Shown here: one piece after another, positions 12,701 through 22,286 of the stretch
Position numbering within the stretch: position 1 is the first letter of the stretch
Layout: each line of letters starts with the position of its first letter
Source of the DNA: Sminthopsis crassicaudata
Taxonomy: Eukaryota
Assembly: GCF_048593235.1 (NCBI RefSeq)
Contig: NC_133622.1
Span: forward strand, 244,222,055 to 244,286,054
Reading direction: 5' to 3'
DNA length: 64,000 bases
Made by a program: the position numbers and the translations under genes
The notes under the pieces: generated by a model
Seen by the model: only the letters and a program-made list of their open reading frames with translations
What the model was told of the DNA's origin: nothing
Databases searched by the model: none

Positions 12701-13669
12701 TTTAGAATCATGCAGAACTTCCGGAGTTAGAATGGATCTCAAATGTAATCTGATTCAATGCTTATTTCAATGCTTATCTAAACAGGGATATCCTCTTAGC
12801 TAGTCTTTTACCATTTAATTTAGAGAAAACTAGTAATGGGGCATTCACTATTTCTCAAGGCAGCTCAGGAGCATCATAATTTTTGAAACCTTTTTCTTAA
12901 AAGGAATTGAAATCTTACTCTCTTTCATTTCTATACATTGCTCTAAGACTTGTCTTCTAGAGGAAAATGGATGCCCCCTCTCTGCAAATTCATGTTCCTT
13001 TCTACCACACTATCAAACAGGGATCAACTATTTTAATATGGTGCATATTTTGCCTCATAATTCCTTTCTGATTTTTCAACCTGAATGCTCCACTACCGGA
13101 ACCACATTTCCTGACTTAGTCCCTCAGATTTTTGAGCACTAAATGTAAACTGTATTGGTAGAGTAGTTAGAAGAGCAGGTCTGTCCTCAGGAAGATCTGA
13201 GTTCAAATCCAGCTTCTTACTCTAGCTGACCCTGGGGAAGCCATTTAATTTCTGGTTGCTTAAGAATCCTCATTTGTAAGCTGAGGTTAATAATAGCACC
13301 TATCTTTTAGAGTTGGTGAGAGGATCAAATGAGATAATTATAAGTACTTAGCATAGTGCCTGGTACAAAATAAGTGTGCTATAAATATTAATTGTAATCA
13401 TAGATACTTGTTGACCATACTTAGGGTGAGAGGAAATAATTACCCTTTCCTTAAAGTGCTCCTTAAGTCCTCACTGAGTTTCCTTCAGAGTGTGATTGAT
13501 TGTCATGGTATGCCAGATCTGGGGATTTTAATGCCATTTTTCTCCTTCACAGGCAAAAAGTGGAGCAAATGGCTGAGCAGAATCACAGCACTGTGACAGA
13601 GTTCATTCTCATTGGCTTCTCTGATCGTCCGAACCTGGGAGTTCTTCTCTTCCTGGTGTTCCTCAGTTT
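9765..13669 (+). repeat. Tandem segmental duplication, copy B
   Basis: Paralogous to 3340-7122. Carries extra sequence at about 11650-12650. Confidence 0.85.
12260..12299. repeat. (TG)n microsatellite
   Basis: tgtgtgtgta tgtgtgtgta tgtgtgtgtg tgtgtgtgt. Confidence 0.95.
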
Positions 13670-14496
13670 CTATCTCATCACCGTCCTGGGCAATATGGGC
13701 ATGGTCCTGCTGATTTACTTGGATAACCATCTCCATGTACTTCTTCTTGAGTCACCTCTCTCTCTTGGATGCCTGCTACTCTTCCGTCATTATTCCTCAG
13801 ATATTGATCACTCTGGTTACTGGCAGGACGAGTGTCTCCTATAACTCTTGTGCTACTCAGTTCTTCTTTTTCACAGTCTGTGCTGGAACTGAATGTTTTC
13901 TGCTTTCAGTGATGGCCTATGACCGTTACGTTGCCATTAGGAATCCTCTCCTGTACACAACAGCCATGACACTAGGAACCCGTTGGGGATTGGTGGCCGG
14001 GGCTTATGCTGGTGGCGTATCAGGAGCCATCCTTCGCACAGCTTGCACATTCACACTTTCCTTCTGTGGGCCTAACAAGATCAACTTCTTCTTCTGTGAT
14101 CTGCCACCTCTGCTGCAGCTTTCATGCAGTGATACCACTACCAGCCAAATTCTGATTCTCTTCTTTGGCAACTTTGTGATCTTGGCCAATGCCCTCATGA
14201 TTTTGGTATCCTATTTGTTCATCATCAGGGCCATTCTACATATAAAGTCAGTCGGAGGTAAAGTCAAGACCTTTTCCACCTGTGCCTCCCACATCACAGC
14301 TGTGATTCTCTTCTTTGGGACCCTTACATTCATGTATATGCGTAGCAACTCAAATAAATCACTTGAAGAGGACAAGGTGGTGTCTGTCTTCTATACTGTG
14401 GTCATCCCCATGCTGAACCCTTTCATCTACAGCCTGAGGAATAAGGAGGTGAAAGCTGCCTTCAGAAAAGTCATGAATAGAACCCAGATCTTTTAG
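13569..14496 (+). pseudogene. OR9I1: OR9I1-like olfactory receptor, frameshifted
   Basis: Frame 1 [12 protein letters not shown]...LGN...DNHL (13569-13733) and frame 2 MYFFLSHLS...MAYDRYVAI...FSTCASH...PMLNPFIYSLRN (13735-14496). Only 1 nt separates L and M where HTP (9 nt) is expected, so 8 bp are deleted. Segments such as [31 protein letters not shown] and KSLEEDKVVSVFYTVVIPMLNP match my recall of human OR9I1. Confidence 0.85.
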
Positions 14497-14569
14497 TAGA
14501 TATAGTTCTGGGTGAGTCATTATTTATCTTAATGATATTCTCTTCCAAATAATAATTGTTATTCTTATT

Positions 14570-14770
14570 AAGTTATTTCAGTTGTGTCCAACTCTCTGTG
14601 AACCCATTTGGGGTTCTCTTGGCAAAAATCTCCCTCTCATTTTACAGATAAAGAAACAGAGACAAATAGAGATAAATGACTTCCCCAGGGTCACACAGCT
14701 AATAAGAATCTAAGGCTGGATTTGAAGTCAGTTTCTCCTGACTCCAAAGTTAGCATTCTATCACTGTGCT
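14570..14770 (-). mobile_element. MAR1/MIR-type SINE
   Basis: gttgtgtccaactc...cttggcaaa...catttacagataaagaaac...cccagggtcacacagcta...ggatttgaa. Confidence 0.55.
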
Positions 14771-16129
14771 ATTCATCTCTCCAGAATTAATAATAGCTGA
14801 CATCTATGAAAAAATTTTTAACTGATGCTCTATTAAGATCCAGTAGGAATCAAAGGACCAAGAATTGGAAGAGATCTTAGAGATCTTCTCATCTAGTTCC
14901 ATTTGCATATGTAATACAAGTTCTCAAACCTCAACAAGGTTATAGTTAATACAGCTAAACATGGTGTAGTAATCTAAAAGATTACTGAACCAGGAGGCAG
15001 AAGACTTAGTCATGGCACTAAGTGATTGTGTGACTTGTAGAATGTCAGTGTTTCTCTCTTAGTCTCAGTTCCTGTTTCCTGAAAGTTGAAAGTTGCATAT
15101 GGGGATCTTTCCAGTTGTCTGATTCTAAATATCTAAATAACTATATTGCAAGAAGTGCAAAATTCACCAGGCAAGAGTGTATCTCCACTTCCAAACCTTG
15201 CCAATATTTATATTAGAGATATTTAATATTTGAATGACTTACTAATTGTACCTTGTGAACCTTAAATTCTATAAATATGTTATAGTGGCAAAATAGTGAC
15301 AAATCCCACCATTATTATCTTCAGATCATCCTTCCAAGTTGAGGAGTTTTTTACTCCACTCTGAGAAGCTCTGTAATGGAATGGAAAGATGTTGTTTTAG
15401 ACACGTTTTCATCTGTAGAACACAACACAAAACACATAGAAAGTGAATCCCTAGGTGGTCAGAGAGTGGGGAGAAGTTTGATCCTAGCCCATAATCAGCT
15501 GGCTTACTTATCAGTTATCACTAATTATTCTATTTATGTTGTAAGGATTAAAAATGCTGTCAATACCTTTCAAGTTCAGCACCCTGGACAGAGTCCTAAT
15601 CACTTTACTCTGATTATCACTGCAGAAAGATGCATTGGATTTGCAATTCAGGGGACTGACTTGAAATCCAGGGTCTGCCATTTATTATACTCAAAATGGA
15701 CCTTATTGTGAAATGAGGGCCTTGGAAGAGTTGGTCTTTATGTCTAAATGCTGTGATCCCTCTGAAGATTACATCACCTTCTGTATTTGTCTCACTGTTT
15801 CTGATGTTTTCTTTTATAAGCATTTCTTTTGTTTTGCCAATACTCTGCTCCTCTATCCCTTCAAGCCTCTGTTACCTTTTTTAGGGCCCTGTGAGTCTCT
15901 TTTGGAACATGGCTTTTTTGCAGAGGTATGGAGGAAAAGAGAATTTAAAAGTCTACAGCAGTCCCAGTTTCTGCCTTACTGCTTTCCAGTTTTCCAAACT
16001 TTTTTTTCAAGCAAACAATTAATTCATAACTCAAAAACTTAAGTCTTTTAAATTCAAGGTTATTGTGTTTGTTTAATGCTATAAATTACATGTCTACTCT
16101 GTTTCATTAATTTATCTTTCTATTTCTTA

Positions 16130-17720
16130 GTCAGTGCCCGATAACTTTGTGAATTACTGTCTTATAATATGCTTTAAGATATGGATATTCCTTGTAAACC
16201 TTGTTCATTATGTCCTTTGATTGTCTAGACTTTTTGTTCTTCCAAATGAAATTTGTTTCTATTTTTTCCAATTCAATTAATTTTTTTTTGGTAATTTAAT
16301 TGGGATGTTGTTGAATATATAAATTACTTTAGGTAAAACTGTCCTTTTTATTATACTTATCTTGCCAATCCATGAACAATTTCTACTGTACAATTATTTG
16401 AATAAAAAAATTAAAAAAATAGTTTCTGGGTTTGTTTTGAGAAATGTATTATCAGGTATTTTATACTGTTTAGGATTATTTTAAAAAGGCTATTTCCTTT
16501 TTGCAGAATTCTGTTTATGATGAGTAGGAATGCTGATGATTTATGTGGATTTACTTTATATCTTGCTAAAATATTATTAAATTATTGTTTCAACTAACTT
16601 TTTAGTTGAGTCTTTGGAATTTTCCATGTATATCATAATATTGTTTTCAATAAAAGATTATTTTGTTAGCCCATTTTTTATTCTAGGTTTTTCTGTTTCT
16701 TTTTCTTTTCTTATTGATATTTTTAGGATTTCCAGTATAATACTGAACAATATTAGTGGCTGTGGCCATTCTCATTTCACAGTTGATTTTACTGGGGAAG
16801 CTTCTAGTTTATCCTCATTACAACAATGCTTGCTTATACTTACAGATAAATGCTTTTCATTAGTACTTAATGAAAAAAATCCATTGATGCCAATATTTCC
16901 AAATTTTTTAAAAATAGAAATGCTTGTTAAATTTTATCCAAAGCCTCATAATTGCCATTGTATTTAATGTCGTTATTGATTATTTCTGTGATTTGTTCTT
17001 TAACCCACCTATTCTTTATAATTATATTGTTTAATCTCCAGTTAATTTTTAATCTTTGTTTCCTTGGTTCTTTATGAAACATTATTTTTATTGCATTGCG
17101 ATCTGAAAAGGTTATTTTAAATATTTCTGCTTTTAAAACTAAATTTTTCCTGCCCTAATTTATGATGAATTTTTGCAAATGTACCATGACCAATTGAAAG
17201 AATGTGTATCACTTTCTATTTCTGTTCAATTTTCTCCAGATATTTATTATACCTAACTTATTTAAAATTGTATTCATATCCTTAACTTCTTTCTTAATTT
17301 TTTGTTATCTAGTTCTGAGAGGGGAAGATTAAAGTCCCTTACTATTAGAGGAATATGATTTATCTCCACTTATAATTTATTTTTTTTAAATTCAGGTGGT
17401 ATGTCATTTGGTATGTATAGATTTGATATTGTTACTATTTCATTGTCTATGGTACCTTTTATTGAAATGTGATTACACTGTTCATTTCTTTTACTTAAAT
17501 TTATTGTAGCCATAATTATGTCTAAGATAGTAATCACTAATTCTATTTTTTTACATCAGCTGAAACATAAAAAATTCTACTCTGTGTATATCTCTCATTC
17601 TTAAATGTGTTTCTTGCAAACAAATACTCTTACATTCTGATTTTTAATCCATTCTGCTATTCATTTCCATCCACATTCAAACTTATAATTATATATATCA
17701 TATAATATAAAGAAAATTTA
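16130..17720 (-). mobile_element. Old L1 ORF2 internal fragment
   Basis: Antisense L1 signatures (ttggtaatttaattgggatgttgttgaatatataaattactttagg; tgctgatgatttatgtggatttactttatatcttgc; ttctgagaggggaagattaaagtccc). Boundaries approximate. Confidence 0.75.
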
Positions 17721-17994
17721 TCTGCAAATTTCCCTTCATCTTATTTTTATTTACTACTTCCTTCTCAGCATTTTTACTCTATCCCTGTAACCATGTTTTC
17801 TCCCCTTATCCCTGTAACCTTGTTTTCTCCTCTTACCTTCTTATTACTTATTTTACTGACCCCTCTAAAAGTCTCTCCCTTATATTCTTCCTTGACCTTT
17901 TCATCTTGGTCTATGTATCCTTCTAAAACTCTCTTCTACATCCTGCCCCCAATTTTCTCATCTCTCTAGAAATTCAGAAGATATTTAAGCTTCT

Positions 17995-18790
17995 TTAGTC
18001 AAAGTTGTTGATGAGTTACCCCATTGAGAGATCAGCTGAAATAATATTCATCTAAAACAATAATGAGTTCTGGCCATCTCAGTTTGTAAACTTGTGGGAG
18101 ACCTCTTCTAATTACATCTTTTATGATTTCTACCTTAACTTCTATGGTACTGATTTCCTTGGATTATTGTGTTATTGAGAAAATCTGAGAAAATATATGT
18201 AGGTTTCTTATAAGAAGACTCTTCCACTTGGCAGGAGCTTGAGAAAGAGCTGTTTTAAAAGATAGGTCCTGTAAATACCATAGTGATGTCATAGAGATCA
18301 TAAAATGGGGAGCCAATAATTGAGGTGACTTTGTGTTTTTATAGACATTATGGATAATATGTACAAGAGGACACAATTGCATTCATATTTCTGATCATTA
18401 GAATGCAAATTCTAGGGACTGTTTTCCCAACACCTAGCACAGTGTCTGGCATATAGTAGGCACTTAATAAATACTAGTTGGTAGCTCGAGTTTCTTCAAT
18501 AAGAAGTAGCAACAGATTTCTGAAAGAAATTATTTGAAATATTCTAGTACAACATAGATTTACAATTTCATATAATCTGGATTATCTTCCATGGACATGA
18601 GTCAAACTTGCTCCCCATCATAACAGATGATTTTTGTGGATTATTATGGCTGAAGAAATTTCTCCCCTATAGAGTGGTCTTTTAGTGATGAACCTTTCTA
18701 CTTGTCTAGGTTGGTCCTTGGGAAACAATCTATTGTAAGGCGGTAAGGCAAACTCCTGACAGCTTGGTAAAATCTACCAGAGCCTGTGTT
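17995..18790 (+). repeat. Third, orphan copy (C) of the OR9I-like non-coding 5' region
   Basis: Matches 5220-5900 and 11070-11800 (ttattgagaaaatctgagaaaatatatgt; ctgatcattagaatgcaa; ataagaagtagcaacagatttct). No OR coding sequence follows. Confidence 0.8.
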
Positions 18791-19624
18791 CTGTAGTAGT
18801 GCTATATGTTGTATTACCCATTAAACACTGAACTCTTGATAGTAAAACCCATATTTTATCTTTTTTATATCCTCATTACTTGTTATAGTGTCTAACCTGT
18901 AGTAAATACTTAATAAGTACTTGTTGACTAACCAAATGGCAAAGGAGGAGATATTGTGATTGATGTAAGTAAAGGAAAAGAGTATAAATACTAGGACTAT
19001 AATTTTCCAGCCTTCATTTTCCATGAGGATACTTTCTGGATTAATAGAATGTGAACTGGAAGAAACCTTAGAGATAAATGTATCTAAAACTGTTAGTCAA
19101 GGAAAGACACTCAACCAAGGACACTATACTCAAGCTATTCCGGGGCCAAACATGGATAGGGCCTATGGCCTTCATCTCAAACACAGAACTCTAGCCCACA
19201 GAATTATTAATTTAGTAATGGGTGGGTATAACAGTGGTGGATTTAGACACAGGAAAAGGTGAGATTCAATTTATTTTAGCACCCAGGGATTTTGTCTTTT
19301 GATTAAAAATTACTTGTTCTTTCGATTATGTTATGCTATCACCTTAACTGAAAACTCCCTAAGTGGTGAAGAACTAAGTTTAGTCTTTTTTCCTATGTTT
19401 AAAACCATCATTTTTATATTCCTCATTTCTAAGTTAATTGACTTAGGGGTTAGAGTTCTGTGTCTGGGACCCTGGCCATGGGCCCATATATTTTATTCTG
19501 CTCCATGGACCAAAGATTATTTCTCTTGCCTCAAATCATGGGGTAGGTCCCAAATGTCACTCCCACTCAGCAACTCAGTTCCAGCAACCTTGTGATCTAA
19601 GCAAAGTTTGTTTTCAGGACCTTC

Positions 19625-19870
19625 CTCCCCCCTGCCTCTCTTTCTCCCTCTTTCTCTGCATCTGTTTCTCTTTATCTCTTTATCTCTCCTCCCCTCTCTC
19701 TTTTCTCTTCTCTTTCTCTCTCTATTTCTGCCTCTTTGTCTCTTAATACACACAAACATGTACACACAGAGACATATATGCACACCCAGACACACATAGA
19801 CACATTTACATGCACACCCACAGACACATATGCAGGCGTACATACAGACACACACACAGGGACACACACA
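19625..19870. repeat. Compound (CT)-rich/(CA)-rich microsatellite
   Basis: ctctctttctccctc... followed by acacacaaacatgtacacacag...; explains the low-complexity ORFs at 19517-20008. Confidence 0.85.
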
Positions 19871-20441
19871 CAATCTTTATTCCTTCCCACCATGAGTGCC
19901 AAGAACTGCCCATGTAGACCCTTGTTACATTCCTTAATGGTTAAGGTTCTTGATTTGGATTCAGGAAGTCCTTGGTTCCAATCCTACCTCAGAATTTACT
20001 TGTTGTAAGATCCTAGGCAAGTCACTCATTCTCTCTCTTTGTTCCTTACTTTTCTTGTCTATAAAATAAAGGTGTTGTTGGATAGGGTTGATGATCTATA
20101 AGTTTCCTTGTAGCTAAATCCTTAATCTTATGATTTGGACAGAACTGAGAATTTATTATTATACATTTTCATAACATGCTCACATCACTTTTCTATCCTG
20201 TCTTTTTCTCTCAACCATGACCTGCCCCTTTTCTCTTCAGTTTCCTTGGCCAGCAAAACCCTGTGTTTCTCTTCTAATAAAGTCTGCTCTCAGGATAGTA
20301 TCTGCTGTTTGTCACATCCAGTTGAGGAGCTTGAATCATTAGGATCTGCTTCTCTGGTGGATCTAGTTTTTAAAGTCAGTTCTTTTTCTCTATTATTAGA
20401 GAATGGAAAATTTGGATGAAGCTTTAGATCTAAATCTAATT

Positions 20442-21372
20442 CTGTGTAATTCATGAGCTCAGGATGGAATAAAGGATCAGATGCTGTACCAGTGAGAACA
20501 GTCCCCATTGCTCTGGAGGGGTGTAAAGTGTTTCAAAAATTACCTTCCTTTCTCATAATAACAGCCTTTTGAGGTAGCAGATGTGTGATTATCACTATTT
20601 TATATGTGATTTTATATGTGAAATATAAGAACATTCAGGAAGGTAAATGACTTTCACACAATGCAATCACACAACTACTCTAAAAGAGCATTCAAAATCT
20701 AAATGTGGTTCTGTTCCCTACTCAATTATTCACAGAATATCCAGGGCAGGACGGGCGGTATGTGATATATAGACCAGATTAAAGGGTCTCAGAGTTTTAG
20801 ATTCTTGCTCTGACTCCACCATTCACTCAGGGTGTGCCCTTAGGTTAGAAAGTCACTTCCTATGTGCCTCAGTTTCTTCATCTGTCAGCTGGAGATAATC
20901 TCTGCCCCATCTACCTTTCTCATAAGTTGTTTTTAGAATATAAAGTTCTATGGAACAAAAAAAAAACTTAAATGGAAATATCAAAGGTTATAACATAGAA
21001 TGGACACTGGTTTGGAGAACTGAAGCTGACTTCTGCCCTTGGTTGAGTGACCCAGGAAAAGTCATCGAATGCCCTTTTAGAGTAGTTGTGTGATGGTATG
21101 GTGTGAAAGTCATTGACCTTCCTTAATGTTCTTATATGTCAAATATAAAATAATAATATAAATATGAATAAACAAAAATATAAAATAAATATAATATAAA
21201 TATAAACTAAAATTGTGAGATAATCATACATGTCTGCTACCTAAAAAGGCTGTTATTATGAGAAAGGAAAGTAGTTTTTGAAACATTTTACACTCCTCCA
21301 GAGCAATGGGGACTGTTTTCACTGGTACAGCGTCCGATTCTTTATCCCATCCTGAGCCCATGAATTACACAG
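20442..21372. repeat. Local inverted duplication: arms 20442-20693 and 21067-21372, spacer about 370 bp
   Basis: The left arm ctgtgtaattcatgagctcaggatggaataaagg...taaaagagcattc is the reverse complement of the right arm (gaatgccctttta...cctgagcccatgaattacacag). About 90% identity by eye. The right arm has an extra AT-rich block near 21150-21210. Confidence 0.9.
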
Positions 21373-22056
21373 TAGAATGAGCACTGGACCGTCAATCTCA
21401 CTGTGGTTCATTTCTATTAGTTAAGATGATCTCTGGTGCCAGATGATGTGAGACATAGAAATTTGCCCAGGAGTTCTGGAGTAATGGATTGCATATAGTT
21501 GTTTTTCATCTTTGTCCAGGGGCCTGTGTGCCCTCTTGGGATCATGAGGATGGCCTCAGGAGAACATTGAGATCAATATTGTCCACATGCTACTCAGCCT
21601 AATTTTGGCTTTGCAGATTACAGGTTGTGCTCACACCTTGGAGGCTCTGGGGTTGTGAGGGGGTCTAGGCTGAATCCTTCATAAACATAGATGTAAGAAA
21701 TGTAAGGGGGGGTCACTTATCTGCCAGTCCCTAGCTCCTTCTCAGGGAAAGGGACTTGGTGCTTCAAAGAGCATCAGCTCAGCCATGATAAAACAGGAGG
21801 AGAAGCGATTGAGGACTGTTAGATTGTGAGCAGAGCTAGCACAGGCTTTAATTGAGGAAGCTTTAAAAGGGATAACCCAGAGACTGCATTAACTGAAAGA
21901 AACTATTCTAAGGACAGAGCAAAGTGGGCATAGTGTCAGAGTCCTGAGCAGGGCTTATTCCTCAACTTCCAAGAATTAACAATCCCTGCTCTCTGGGACT
22001 TTAGAGAAGAGCTGAACACCAGATGCTGGTAGCTCATTCTCTGAGACTGAAGATAT

Positions 22057-22286
22057 ATGGAGGAGAAACCCATCACCATGCTGTGTTTGCTGCTCTTTGC
22101 CCTGATCCCACGCCCCTCTATGTCCAGTGCTGTCCAATCTCCCTGCCAACTACCTGCCCCTAGTGCCACTGAACAGCTCTCTACTGAGGGGGATGTGCTC
22201 ATTGGAGCTGTCACCCCCTTACATGCCAAGCTTGTCCGGCAGAAGGTGACCTTTCTCCAGCCTCCAGAGCAGCCACCATGCCAACA
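22057..22286 (+). CDS. Class C GPCR exon 1 (signal peptide, start of Venus flytrap)
   Basis: M(EEKPIT)MLCLLLFALIP...EGDVLIGAVTPLH...PPCQ. The second ATG at 22078 has Kozak-like accATG. Donor gtaagt at 22287. Confidence 0.85.

Noticed and set aside
13735-14496. 253-aa ORF as a functional OR
   Set aside because: Lacks the N-terminus and TM1, which are in another frame. It is treated as part of a frameshifted pseudogene.
5426-18382. Three mutually similar minus-strand ORFs (5426-5677, 11203-11520, 18164-18382) as a novel peptide family
   Set aside because: Similarity comes from the DNA duplication. Frames and lengths are not preserved between copies and there is no coding-type substitution pattern.
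19517-20008. ORFs with CV/HT/RE repeats
   Set aside because: Translations of microsatellite DNA.
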